A program made the position numbers and the translations under genes. From the IMG/VR virus record IMGVR_UViG_3300033121_000493, positions 128,001 through 192,000 of that record: a DNA stretch of 64,000 bases. One strand, 5' to 3'. Shown piece after piece: positions 45,550 through 55,406 of this stretch. The notes beneath the pieces were generated by a model. The model saw only the letters and a list, made by a program, of their open reading frames with translations. It had not been told where the DNA came from and searched no databases. Numbering within the stretch: position 1 is the first letter of the stretch; each line of letters begins with the position of its first letter. Source of the stretch: a virus (Duplodnaviria > Caudoviricetes).

Positions 45550-47795
45550 TAAACCTTTGCCTCTTTGCCGCCATTTAACACAATGGTTTGATCAAAAGCT
45601 GTGCGTAACTGGGGCAAATGCGTAATAATGAATATTTGCATCCCTGAATTCATAGCGTAACTTTGAATATACGTTAAAACGTCCAATAAATGTTGCTTGT
45701 TATCCTCATCCAGTGCGTCAGTTGGTTCATCAAGCGCCATCATACCAAAATTACTAGCAAACGTCTCGTTGATTGCCAGTAACAGACTTAGAGAGAATCG
45801 CACTTTCTCGCCGCCAGACAGTGAAATCGCGTCTCTAACTGTGCTGTCGTCAAACGTGCATTTGAACGAGTAGCCATCTTCATTAAGGCTAGCTGTAGCT
45901 GTAAACCTAGACTGCATCAGAGTTAAAAAGTACCTAAGCTTTGAATCAATCAAGTCTAACTTAGCCGTAGCCAGAACTTTAGGTAACGCGTCTCTGTGAA
46001 ACACGTCACGCGCATCTGTAAATAGCTGACGCGCAAATTTACATTTAGCCGCACGCTTACTCAGCTCGTTAACGCGCGCGAGTTGAGCCGTCAACGTGGT
46101 TAGACGTAGCTGTAGCGCGCTATGCTGCTCTTCCAATCGAGCAAGTGCTATACGCGCCGCTGAGTTTTTTTGCAATAAATCTTGACAATTAGAAATGTAC
46201 TGAGCGGATAATCTCCCAATATCGCCTAGCTTATTTATATCAATTTGGCACGTTTCATATTCTGCAGCCACAGCAATAGCGTGCGATTTCGCGGTATTAA
46301 GCTTTGTACTGAGCGCGTTTAGACGTATACGCTCAGAATTACACTGGCTTTTAATAGTAACGTAGGCGTCAGTTATACCTTTGTAAACGGCAACGTCTAC
46401 ATTAGCAAACTCGCTTAATTTAGCAGAAGCTGCGCTGAATTCGGCAGCCTGCTCTGAGTAAAACTGCGCTCGCTGCTTAAACATTGCAGCTTTGGCGTTG
46501 TACTCAGCAACTGCAATATTGTACTCCGTAACCGCTACATTATACTGTCGCTGTTTTGATAGCAGCGCGTCAAATTTAGGCTGCAAATCAGCAATTGCGG
46601 CTTTATGGTTTGTCACGTGCGTAGCTACGTCTGGAACTTCCTGGTCGCACGTAGGGCATTTGACAACACTACCAAGCGTATACTTACTGTAGGCTGCCAG
46701 CGCAGTTGTATGCCCTCTAAGTTCGGTATCCAACTGCGTAAGCAATGCTGCGTCTTCTGGTGTCCACGTCAACGTAACCGGGCTAGGCACTTTTGTGCTG
46801 TGAGCCGTGTACTCAGTCTGAAAAGCTACAACTTGCTTTTTAAGCTCTTCAATCCGTGTATTGATTTTTGCGTACTCAGCGGCACCATTTAACTTAGTTT
46901 CAGCGTCAGCTGCCGCAGCGGCGTAAGACGTCACCTGGTTTGATATTTCATCAATTGCCTTAACTGTGACTGCAACTTCAGCTTCGGCCTGAGTAACCGC
47001 AGTATTCGCTGCGGCTAATTTAGTACTGAGCTCAATGTTGCGTTCGCGTAATACTGTGTTTTTGTTAAATAAGTCAATGTCAGCCAACAACGCGTCGCGG
47101 TCAATAGTCGCTACTTCAGCCTGCTGCGCTCGTATAGCTGTTACTAAGTCTGTTAACTGTAAGTTACACGCGGTAATGTCTTTAGATAACTGTTCAGCGC
47201 TGTCCGTTAGCTGTACGGTAGGTATTGTTGTTACATGGTTACCAAGTAGTGTCCAAATAGATTCGTATTTATCTAGCCCTAATAGCCCATGCATTAATTT
47301 AGTTCGCGAAGCTGGGTCGCTGTGAATGATATCGTTAATTTTGCCTTGTTCTATAAACGCGTAACCGCCAAGTGTCGATGGTACTGTACCTAGTATTTCA
47401 GATAAACGTTTGTCTACATCGTTAACGCCTGTTATTTTTTCGAGCTCTTTTCCGCTAGCTGTAATCGTCAACGTCGCGGATTGACGAGCGCGTGTATATG
47501 TATCATCTTTTTTTACGGCAGTCAAGGTACGCGTTATGGATAACTCTAACCCATCATGAGCTACCTCTAAATGGATAGAGCCGCTAGAGGCTTTACCGTC
47601 TGGAGTATCCCTGACGTAATCAACCAGGTTGGCAAAACGTCTAAAATGCCCCGTTATGCCAGAATAAATAGACTCCAATAACGTAGATTTGCCAGAACCG
47701 TTATGCCCAACAAACCCAATTATGTTACCGGTTAACTCAAATTTAGCGTCCGTAAACGTACCGATGTTCTTTAAGCGTATAGACAATACTCGCAT
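45549..47795 (-). CDS. SbcC/Rad50-like ATPase
   Basis: GHNGSGKST, Q-loop IEQG, long coiled coils with CPTC zinc hook, LSGGEK signature, LDEPT, IITH. Confidence 0.95.
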   Translation of the reverse strand: MRVLSIRLKNIGTFTDAKFELTGNIIGFVGHNGSGKSTLLESIYSGITGHFRRFANLVDYVRDTPDGKASSGSIHLEVAHDGLELSITRTLTAVKKDDTYTRARQSATLTITASGKELEKITGVNDVDKRLSEILGTVPSTLGGYAFIEQGKINDIIHSDPASRTKLMHGLLGLDKYESIWTLLGNHVTTIPTVQLTDSAEQLSKDITACNLQLTDLVTAIRAQQAEVATIDRDALLADIDLFNKNTVLRERNIELSTKLAAANTAVTQAEAEVAVTVKAIDEISNQVTSYAAAAADAETKLNGAAEYAKINTRIEELKKQVVAFQTEYTAHSTKVPSPVTLTWTPEDAALLTQLDTELRGHTTALAAYSKYTLGSVVKCPTCDQEVPDVATHVTNHKAAIADLQPKFDALLSKQRQYNVAVTEYNIAVAEYNAKAAMFKQRAQFYSEQAAEFSAASAKLSEFANVDVAVYKGITDAYVTIKSQCNSERIRLNALSTKLNTAKSHAIAVAAEYETCQIDINKLGDIGRLSAQYISNCQDLLQKNSAARIALARLEEQHSALQLRLTTLTAQLARVNELSKRAAKCKFARQLFTDARDVFHRDALPKVLATAKLDLIDSKLRYFLTLMQSRFTATASLNEDGYSFKCTFDDSTVRDAISLSGGEKVRFSLSLLLAINETFASNFGMMALDEPTDALDEDNKQHLLDVLTYIQSYAMNSGMQIFIITHLPQLRTAFDQTIVLNGGKEAKV

Positions 47796-47797
47796 GG

Positions 47798-48961
47798 TTA
47801 ACCTAGGCTACTTGCGTCTGGGATGTCATTAACATTTCTAAACGACAGCAAATAATCATTTGGCTGGCGAGCACCGGCCAGATTACTAACAAATTCGTGT
47901 AAATTAGGCGATACAGTCTTATCGACAAACGTATCAATGACGTCTTGCGTGTTTATACCCACAGCTGCTCTAGGTAAATCACCGCTGGACGCTCTATCGT
48001 GCATAGGCATCATATGGAGATGCACCCTGTTTTTAGCTATTAGAGGGCTTATAGCGCGTTTAACCTCTGCTGGTACTTCAGGTACCGAGGTACTGAACTT
48101 AAGGGCTATAAAAGGCGCGCATAAAGAATCTGGCACCTTTACGCCGTAAGTATCAAACGTGCCACTTATCGACTTTAAACCATCTATTAGTTTAGCAATA
48201 CGATCTGGCAACTGATCGCAGAATGTTAGCAAAGAATCGCGAGTTGTCACAGCAAAACCTATAAACGGACGTGTTACAAGTTTACGCCGAGACACAGACA
48301 ACGTGCCTTTAGATTTTTCTACTGTAATAAACGATTTAAGAGTTGGCTCACTGATACTACGCATCGACGAACTACCGGTGTAAAACCAGTTAACGTCGCC
48401 TGTGACGCCTGAATCTGGGTTACCATGATAATCACCAGCCAAAAGTAACTTAGACTGTTTAACCCAGGCAGGATCAAATGTCCAAGCACCTTCTAGCCCC
48501 ATTGCTTGTGGAAACAACTGGTGAACGCAGACAATGTCACAGATAGGCGCGCGCGACATAGTAGCTTCAGCTTGATCTCTAGGTAGGTTATCAAAACCCC
48601 ATAAAGATACGCCGTCAGCTGCCGTATACGGAGCGACGGAGTCACCGCTCAAATGGGTAACGCTAGCGCTGCAGTGCTTGGCCAAATCTAGCCACTGAAA
48701 ATCACCGTATTGGCGGTCATGCTGGCCAACTATGTATACGACGTGTAAGCCACGCAGCTTTTGTAAAACCCAGCCTACGGTTTCAGCAGGTGGATGCTGT
48801 TTATCAAAATTATCACCAAGTAATACTAGAGGTGTAGTTACGGGCTGAGACCTACAAAAAGCCGTAAGCTGCTCAAGCGCGAACTCAGAGTCGCCTCGCA
48901 TGCTTGGGTATGAGCTGTAGATCGTTTCAGACGCGTGTAAATCACCAGCAAAAACTAGCAT
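47798..48961 (-). CDS. SbcD/Mre11-like metallophosphoesterase nuclease
   Basis: GDLH, LGDNFD, GQHD, HQ, GDYH, YTGS. Confidence 0.92.
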   Translation of the reverse strand: MLVFAGDLHASETIYSSYPSMRGDSEFALEQLTAFCRSQPVTTPLVLLGDNFDKQHPPAETVGWVLQKLRGLHVVYIVGQHDRQYGDFQWLDLAKHCSASVTHLSGDSVAPYTAADGVSLWGFDNLPRDQAEATMSRAPICDIVCVHQLFPQAMGLEGAWTFDPAWVKQSKLLLAGDYHGNPDSGVTGDVNWFYTGSSSMRSISEPTLKSFITVEKSKGTLSVSRRKLVTRPFIGFAVTTRDSLLTFCDQLPDRIAKLIDGLKSISGTFDTYGVKVPDSLCAPFIALKFSTSVPEVPAEVKRAISPLIAKNRVHLHMMPMHDRASSGDLPRAAVGINTQDVIDTFVDKTVSPNLHEFVSNLAGARQPNDYLLSFRNVNDIPDASSLG

Positions 48962-48973
48962 AGCGCGCTACGC

Positions 48974-49321
48974 CTAAAAATCATCGTCATGGAAAGTGTA
49001 GTTATCTTCATCAGTTTCATCAGCCCATTCAGTTGAATTGTCAAAATCGTCATCCTCAAAATCGTCCTCATCGTCCTCAAAATCGTCATCATCGTCATCA
49101 TCGTCATCAAAATCTGCATCGTCATCAAAATCTTCGATGTCGTCACGGGGGTCTGGTTTGTTTGGATGCATTGGATGCTCGCGAGGATCGTACTCGCCTC
49201 TGTTTAAAGGTGTGGCGTCAAATGGTGAAATATCATTATCAAATTCACTGCTATGTGGGATGTCAGAATTAAGCATAAAACGAAACGCTCCTGGGGCGCT
49301 CCCTTGGAAAGTGCATCGCAC
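48974..49321 (-). CDS. highly acidic low-complexity protein
   Basis: C-terminal half is D/E/F repeats (EDFDDDADFDDDD...). Confidence 0.6.
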   Translation of the reverse strand: MRCTFQGSAPGAFRFMLNSDIPHSSEFDNDISPFDATPLNRGEYDPREHPMHPNKPDPRDDIEDFDDDADFDDDDDDDDDFEDDEDDFEDDDFDNSTEWADETDEDNYTFHDDDF

Positions 49322-49352
49322 GTTTTTGGTTTACGCACTGCATATTACTGAA

Positions 49353-49586
49353 TTTGGATTTAATAGCTAGTACTAAGTTCAAAGTTTGATGTTAGACCAA
49401 AGTACTATGTGAAACGCTGTTTTATAAAATGGCGTTTCAAAATCCAAAATCTAGTAAGTCAACTTATCTAAATATAAACGTGGCGACAACACCCCCCGTG
49501 GGGGTTGTCGCCGTTATTTCGTTATAACTCCCTATGTTTAAAAGATTGTTATTTAAGGGAGTTATAACTGTAACTGGAGTTATAAC
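49353..49586. other. hairpin/inverted-repeat-rich non-coding spacer (candidate origin or structured RNA)
   Basis: Stems at 49353-61/49440-48, 49368-74/49401-07, 49411-38 and 49482-512; 13-bp inverted repeat 49521-33/49556-68; three GTTATAAC palindromes. Confidence 0.6.
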
Positions 49587-49591
49587 AAACT

Positions 49592-50416
49592 TTACTTATT
49601 AGAATTTGCTACGGTAGTTAACCGAAGCATCGGTAGTACCTGTAATAGAACGTTTACATATCTAAGTGGCGATTCGTAAAAAGACTTAGACAAACCAAAT
49701 TTACTTAATACCTGGTCACCAGGTAATGAAAATCTAGTAGCTTGAAAGTCACTACGTCTATGACTGAGCTTTATTCCTGCCGCGATAAACTCATGTATGA
49801 TTTGAAAATTTTCAACGTACACACGGCAGCCAACTAAACATCTGTCGCTTTGGCTACGATACGCTGCTGTAAACTTTTTCTTAGTAGCTAGTAGTACTTT
49901 TTTGACTTGCGCTTTATCGTCATCGAACGTATCGACGTTTACGATATTAGTTTTGTAAACAGCTAGCTCTACGCGAATTGCCGTATCTATCCACGCTAAG
50001 TTTTTAGCGATGGCTACGATTCTTCTGTACTCGCAATTAGGACAAACTCGCAAGTCACAAGACCGGCGTTTATTCCATCTAGGAGTTGCGACTCCTGCAA
50101 TACGACAAAGTTTAGCTCTAGTATATGTTTTCTTATTTAGCCCTTCATGCTGCCAGAGATCTACGGCTGGCTGCCACATCTCATTATTAACTGTCACAAC
50201 TTTAGCTGCTAGATCTAGATTACGAGCATGTAGTTCTTCATTGTTAGTGCGATCTGCAAAATTTACTAAGTCATAAGTGTTTGGCGACCCTTCAGTTAAA
50301 CTTCCAAACGTCATTTTATGCGCAATTAAGTTGTGTTCATTTTGCCAGACCGCAGCTACGTTATTTGGATCTATAAGTAGTGGTTTTTGTTTTATTGAAT
50401 TGATACTCGCCGTCAT
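49592..50416 (-). CDS. hypothetical protein with Rep_1/IS91-like zinc motif
   Basis: RAKLC...RSCDLRVCPNCEYRR; no intact HUH motif. Confidence 0.5.
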   Translation of the reverse strand: MTASINSIKQKPLLIDPNNVAAVWQNEHNLIAHKMTFGSLTEGSPNTYDLVNFADRTNNEELHARNLDLAAKVVTVNNEMWQPAVDLWQHEGLNKKTYTRAKLCRIAGVATPRWNKRRSCDLRVCPNCEYRRIVAIAKNLAWIDTAIRVELAVYKTNIVNVDTFDDDKAQVKKVLLATKKKFTAAYRSQSDRCLVGCRVYVENFQIIHEFIAAGIKLSHRRSDFQATRFSLPGDQVLSKFGLSKSFYESPLRYVNVLLQVLPMLRLTTVANSNK

Positions 50417-50419
50417 GAC

Positions 50420-51859
50420 TTACTGAATAACGTTAAGTGATATTCTCTTAGGCAGCGAGGCCAAGTAGTCGGTCAAAGTGGTATTATAGCTACGGTCTGC
50501 TCTTACTAGCCTAGCCCAGTCAGACACTTCGGCGTTAAGGTCTACATGTCGAGCCAGCGCATGGTCGCTTGTTGTGCTACCGCAGCATGTTGGATATAGT
50601 TTATTTACATCACGTAGCCAAATTCTATCACTTTCGACGGCCCATATGTACAATTCCTCTTTTATCACGCGGTCAAAGCCTACGCTAAACTTCCAATCTA
50701 GTGGTTGATCCCAGTTTAACATATTACACGCGTCAGCCACAGTTGTCGGAGGCGTAAATCCTGTTATGTTAAACCAGTCGTCTATAGTCACGGCTATATT
50801 CCACCGATTAGTTCGCATCGCAGGTCTAAGTATCACAAGCAGCGGATTACTTTGCTGCTGCTCGTCGGTCATTTTACTAATGGTGCTTACCTCGAAGCGC
50901 CGTACGTTTTTGTATCTGCGCAGTCCAATTGTCTTGCAGTCGTAATTTTTGGTATTTATACCCGTAACTTTTTTAATCTGTTTATCGTCTAGTGTTACAT
51001 TATAACTGCCTAAAATAAACAGCAGTACCGGATCGATCTCTGGTACACGTATATGTTCATCTTTGATCGGCCCTGCACAATAGTCGGGTGTCTGCCGACA
51101 ACTTGTTACTTTTGTGACTTTATCGCAAAACATACAGTTGCTGCACAGCATTTTCTTTAGTCGTTTTGTATTGGTAGCGTTGCTGGCGTTTACTTTTTTA
51201 TTAGCTAGATTTTGAGCTATTGCGTCGTCGTCCATACTCAAGTTTATGAACGCTTTAGGCTCAAACGGCGCTACGTTAATAGCGTGTTTATTGTCTACAA
51301 AATTATCACCAAAGAATGCTTTGTAGTTAGGCTGCTTTTGCATCCGTAGGTCTGTAGCATCTGGCATCCCGGTGCACGCTACTGTTGCATCATTGCGCCG
51401 ATTTATTTCGGTAATTCCAAACTTACAATTACCCGCAATATTATCGAACATACCAGGACAAGCCGAGCACCAATGATCTGTTGCATTACTTTTGCTATCT
51501 ATAACCAGCGCAATTTGCCGCGTGATATTTTTTATGCCATATCCCCAATATTGCTCACGAAGTCGTAGCAAAAATTTTGTCATAAACAGCGGCGCGGCTA
51601 CTAATAGATATCTAGGCTTTGAATCGTTCCATTTTTCAAACCGTAACGTTATTACTATAGCGTTTTCCAGTAGGCTAAACGGATACTGAAATAAGCTGTC
51701 GTTATACGCTATAGCGCCAGCAAAGCTATATGCGTTTAAGTCAATGCCGGTGTAATTTTCCTCGCCGCGATTGTTTACATACCCTGTTACAGGACATCTT
51801 GATTCGACTACTGCCTTTGTAACTGGCAGCGTCGTCCAACGTGGAGAATTTGCATTCAT
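50420..51859 (-). CDS. Cys-rich hypothetical protein
   Basis: Clusters CSAC..C..C and CSNCMFC..C..C. Confidence 0.65.
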   Translation of the reverse strand: MNANSPRWTTLPVTKAVVESRCPVTGYVNNRGEENYTGIDLNAYSFAGAIAYNDSLFQYPFSLLENAIVITLRFEKWNDSKPRYLLVAAPLFMTKFLLRLREQYWGYGIKNITRQIALVIDSKSNATDHWCSACPGMFDNIAGNCKFGITEINRRNDATVACTGMPDATDLRMQKQPNYKAFFGDNFVDNKHAINVAPFEPKAFINLSMDDDAIAQNLANKKVNASNATNTKRLKKMLCSNCMFCDKVTKVTSCRQTPDYCAGPIKDEHIRVPEIDPVLLFILGSYNVTLDDKQIKKVTGINTKNYDCKTIGLRRYKNVRRFEVSTISKMTDEQQQSNPLLVILRPAMRTNRWNIAVTIDDWFNITGFTPPTTVADACNMLNWDQPLDWKFSVGFDRVIKEELYIWAVESDRIWLRDVNKLYPTCCGSTTSDHALARHVDLNAEVSDWARLVRADRSYNTTLTDYLASLPKRISLNVIQ

Positions 51860-51981
51860 CGTTTTCTTTTATACCGTTTTACGAACACAGATTTTACGTG
51901 TGTTCTAGGTCTGCTTCTGTAATGTTGATTTACAGGTTGTCTAAACCAGCTGTCCAACAATTCAAATAACCAATTAAGCAT
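51856..51981 (-). CDS. 41-aa small protein missed by the ORF track
   Basis: MLNWLFELLDSWFRQPVNQHYRSRPRTHVKSVFVKRYKRKR; fills the gap and ends in an ATGA overlap with the next start. Confidence 0.6.
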   Translation of the reverse strand: MLNWLFELLDSWFRQPVNQHYRSRPRTHVKSVFVKRYKRKR

Positions 51982-51996
51982 ACGAAACCTACATTA

Positions 51997-53364
51997 TTAG
52001 TCTTCTACATCGACTACCGCTACGTCTCCCCAGCTAGCTACACGTGCTTTAAAATCGTTGGCGTTCATGCCAGTTGATGTTAACAGCCATAGAACAGGAA
52101 AACTTGGTGGATTAGCCGGAGCCGTACCGTAACCGTCGGTAAAATACACCATCATACTAGGCCAAGGCCGCATGTTCTCTGCGGCTTCAAACGCAGGAAT
52201 AAAGCTAGTACCCCCGCGCCCAAAGAAATTATTCAGCTTAGAGAAGGCTTTAAACTCTACTGGATCGTGTGCCACGCTGGCGTCAACTTGCATAATCATG
52301 ACAGTAGCGCCATTATTTGTCATGTACTTAGCTTCAGCTTCCACGCAGCGCAATTCTTTTGCGCCCATGCTGCCAGACGTGTCTACTACCAGTAGTACTG
52401 TAGTTTGATTTTTTCTTACAAGGTCGCCCTTATAGAAGTTATATTTTTCTCCACCTGGAACTTTGATAGGTGGACGGCGTGCAGGACGCGTGGGATTTTT
52501 TTCGCGCCTACGCGACTTAGCTTTAGCGAATGCCCCACGTAATATTCTAGTCCATTTAACTTTAGGCGGGCGATTTAACGACTCAATGAACTCACTCGCC
52601 TCGCTCGGCATGTTGCCTTGCGTCTTGAGCGATTGCCCCATGTTGTTGAGTTTTTCTTCAACTTGCTGTACGAGTTGTTTAGTTTGCTGGTCTAACTTAT
52701 CGGCAGTGTTATCATTTAACCCCGCAACTTCATCCATCCGCGCAATGCCGCGATTGTCTTGGACTTCTTGCACGTCAGGATTAGGTTTAGGATTAGGCTT
52801 TGGGTGGTTGCCGTCTTGCTCGCCAGCTTCCTCCAGCATTTTGCAGTAAACGTCAGTCGTTTTACCGCGAGGAAATCCAAACAATTCTGGTACCGGCAAG
52901 ACTATGCCGTTATCTAGTAACTCGGTAACTACCAAGCTCTGACTGATAACTATTTGACCGGCGAGCGCCGCTATCTCTTTACCGTAGCGCGCTACAAGTT
53001 TTTGCATTCTACCGCTGCAATGCCCCAGCGGAATCTTAAACATGAAGAATTTGATAATCTCAGCCTGGCAAGCCTTATTTAACTTTAGAAACACTTTAAA
53101 GTTCAGCAAAACTTCAAATCTGCCGTCGGTCAATGGCCGCATAACACCAAAGACTTTTGGCTCTTCTCCGTTTTGCTTTGTTAATTTCCTAAATGTTACA
53201 AACTGCGCAAACGTAGCCATACCAACCTGCTTGTGTTGGATTAGCCACAGTCTGGCACCGTTCAATTGTACTACTTCGTCTGAACCAACTACTAGCGGCT
53301 CAGACTCGTACGTACTATCGTTGTTAGCTTTTAGATACAATTCTAGTTGTTCGTAACTGTCCAT
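51997..53364 (-). CDS. VWA-domain protein (DUF2201-like), partner of the MoxR-like ATPase
   Basis: VVDTSGSM MIDAS, GRGGTSF, YFTDGYG, PVLWLL; PPKVKW..IL. Confidence 0.88.
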   Translation of the reverse strand: MDSYEQLELYLKANNDSTYESEPLVVGSDEVVQLNGARLWLIQHKQVGMATFAQFVTFRKLTKQNGEEPKVFGVMRPLTDGRFEVLLNFKVFLKLNKACQAEIIKFFMFKIPLGHCSGRMQKLVARYGKEIAALAGQIVISQSLVVTELLDNGIVLPVPELFGFPRGKTTDVYCKMLEEAGEQDGNHPKPNPKPNPDVQEVQDNRGIARMDEVAGLNDNTADKLDQQTKQLVQQVEEKLNNMGQSLKTQGNMPSEASEFIESLNRPPKVKWTRILRGAFAKAKSRRREKNPTRPARRPPIKVPGGEKYNFYKGDLVRKNQTTVLLVVDTSGSMGAKELRCVEAEAKYMTNNGATVMIMQVDASVAHDPVEFKAFSKLNNFFGRGGTSFIPAFEAAENMRPWPSMMVYFTDGYGTAPANPPSFPVLWLLTSTGMNANDFKARVASWGDVAVVDVED

Positions 53365-53373
53365 GTGGTGTGT

Positions 53374-54630
53374 TTACTTCGTGGGTCGGCCGACTCCGGC
53401 GGCAGCATTCATTACACGCGTAACGATTGGCTTGACGTCACTCTTCATGGCTTCAGAGAAGATCAAATCTTTACTGCGGTTATTCTTAAAGGCAGACGAA
53501 CAGATCATGAAAACAAGATCGTCCATACCGCTCATCTTTTCAATGACACTAAGGAGATTACGCACAGCCTTAGCGTCAAACGTATTGTTAGAGTCGCCCA
53601 TGAACTGCGCGATATCGTGGCCGGTGGCGGCAATCAAACTGGCACGATTGCCATTGCGCATCCACTGCTCAACAATACGTACGTGATCCTTGTGATGCGC
53701 TTCGTCTGCTGCTGCAATATTCTTTGCAAGGATCGGATACTCGGCTGGGTTGTCGCCGATTCGCAAAAACGTACCGAATGCAGCTGCGGTTTCGGTAGGG
53801 AGCTCCAGGCTGAGGAAATTGACAAACTGATCAATTGTCAGATTCCGCAACGCCTCCCAGCGAGCAACGTACTGTCCCAGCTGCTCCCACTTACGGGCAG
53901 AGACCGCACCCATGAGGCCGGTATTCATCAGCAAAAACTTAGTAAGAGTATCAGGAATTTTATTGGTGCTTTGCAGGTGATAGATGATCTCTTCTGACGT
54001 CGGCGAATAATACACCACAGTGAATCGATCGCGAACGCGAAGATCCAGCTGCATGTTCAGATGGTAGTCAACTTCGTCGGGGTTGGTAGCGGCGACCCAG
54101 TACCAGCCAGCTTTCACAAGGTGACCGTAGTACCCAGTCTTGTAGCCAGCCGTCAGAAGGGACGCAATACGGTTCTGATCCATGTGGCTGCCGGTGCCAG
54201 CCTCGTCGATGAACGCAATGCCGCGTCCATTCTTAGGCGGACTGATTGGCAAATGCTTTGGCAGTGTGAACTGATGGTGGCCTGTGTCGTCGTACACAAA
54301 GCCGTCTTTGTCAGTCTTCAGCGCGCCGGTACTATCAAGATCGTTGGCTTCGCCCATCATGACACGACGGAAATCCATGTTGTTACGGTTAGCAAAATCG
54401 GCAACGAGTTGCGATTTGCCGCCGCCTTTGGGGCCGACAATCAGCAAACCCCAAGACGTCGTACAGTTATCGTCCCACGGATCGTTGAAGTTGCTGCCTT
54501 TGACTTTTGGCATACAGTGCAGTTCAAGCACTGCCGTCAGCTCGTTGGCAGACAACGGCCGCTGTGCGGCCAAAGCTTCAGAATCAAGAACAGCAGATCC
54601 AGCGGCGCTCTTTTGGGCTTTCTTACTCAT
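53374..54630 (-). CDS. MoxR-like AAA+ ATPase
   Basis: GPKGGGKS, IAFIDE, VAATNP, RDRF; adjacent VWA gene. Confidence 0.9.
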   Translation of the reverse strand: MSKKAQKSAAGSAVLDSEALAAQRPLSANELTAVLELHCMPKVKGSNFNDPWDDNCTTSWGLLIVGPKGGGKSQLVADFANRNNMDFRRVMMGEANDLDSTGALKTDKDGFVYDDTGHHQFTLPKHLPISPPKNGRGIAFIDEAGTGSHMDQNRIASLLTAGYKTGYYGHLVKAGWYWVAATNPDEVDYHLNMQLDLRVRDRFTVVYYSPTSEEIIYHLQSTNKIPDTLTKFLLMNTGLMGAVSARKWEQLGQYVARWEALRNLTIDQFVNFLSLELPTETAAAFGTFLRIGDNPAEYPILAKNIAAADEAHHKDHVRIVEQWMRNGNRASLIAATGHDIAQFMGDSNNTFDAKAVRNLLSVIEKMSGMDDLVFMICSSAFKNNRSKDLIFSEAMKSDVKPIVTRVMNAAAGVGRPTK

Positions 54631-54662
54631 GTACGCTCATGTTCCTTGACTGGTGCCCAGAC

Positions 54663-54696
54663 AATGAAACATGGCGTACGCACGCCACGTTTCATT
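54663..54696 (-). promoter_or_regulatory. 15-bp stem-loop upstream of the AAA+ gene
   Basis: AATGAAACATGGCGT-ACGC-ACGCCACGTTTCATT; the single mismatch is a G-U pair on the minus strand; no U-tract. Confidence 0.55.
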
Positions 54697-55051
54697 TATC
54701 CGGGTCTAATTCTTCTACTACAAGGCCGTCTCTAGACGGCGTACGACTGTACGGCTTGGTTATATCGTTAAGTAGATTTGCGCATCTCACACTAGCCAGC
54801 CAAAATATCAGCACATTGAACGGATTAACGATATATCCGTAACTGTGTGCGGCTAGATTAAAAAGCGCGCAGATTGTGATGACAAAGGCGGCGGTATGAC
54901 TAAAACAAAAACCACAATTAATCCACTCTGAGAACATTGCGCCCTGGGCTTCTATTTTAGCGCGTATGCCGCTAAATATACTTCCATGACGAAACGTTTC
55001 AGCTAGTTGGCAAGTGGCTAAGCTACTCAGAACAAATAACCAAACATCCAC
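54692..55051 (-). CDS. DUF1360-like membrane protein
   Basis: LA..QL.E.F..GSIF..IR...INCGFCFSH; hydrophobic segments; AGGAG RBS. Confidence 0.65.
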   Translation of the reverse strand: MDVWLFVLSSLATCQLAETFRHGSIFSGIRAKIEAQGAMFSEWINCGFCFSHTAAFVITICALFNLAAHSYGYIVNPFNVLIFWLASVRCANLLNDITKPYSRTPSRDGLVVEELDPDK

Positions 55052-55208
55052 GACTATCTCCTACCTATACAGTACCAAAAATTTACAGCCGCATCGGCCA
55101 AAAGAAGGCCAGCGTACAACTTATAGTTTAAAACAAACAAAGCCAGATTTACAACAGCCATACCTATCAGAAGGAAATGTAATCTTACAAGAAACAAGTG
55201 GTTGTCCT

Positions 55209-55406
55209 TTATTCACCTATAAAATTAGATTCTACGCCTTTTTGACTCGGAGACGGGTTGGTCCAATTTTCTTGGACCATTTCACCAGCTGGTGTGTCTG
55301 CGATAGGCTCTGAGTGGAGTTTATGTGTACCGCTTTGATAAGTGTCTGCGGATTTCTTAATGTGCCGTAATGTTTTATGTCGCTTTAAAAACCTGTCTGG
55401 TGACAT
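55209..55406 (-). CDS. small hypothetical protein
   Basis: AGGAG RBS a few nt upstream of the ATG at 55406. Confidence 0.5.
   Translation of the reverse strand: MSPDRFLKRHKTLRHIKKSADTYQSGTHKLHSEPIADTPAGEMVQENWTNPSPSQKGVESNFIGE

Noticed and set aside
49033-49370. Ser-rich and His/Arg-rich plus-strand ORFs
   Set aside because: Antisense readings of the GAT/GAC-rich acidic gene
49592-50416. Active IS91 element or integrated rolling-circle plasmid
   Set aside because: No intact HUH or catalytic YxxxY/YxxK motif and no element boundaries; retained only as a degenerate candidate
53347-54842. Long plus-strand ORFs (216, 224 aa etc.) opposite the AAA+ gene, and similar antisense ORFs throughout
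   Set aside because: Shadow frames of well-supported minus-strand genes with no motifs or RBS
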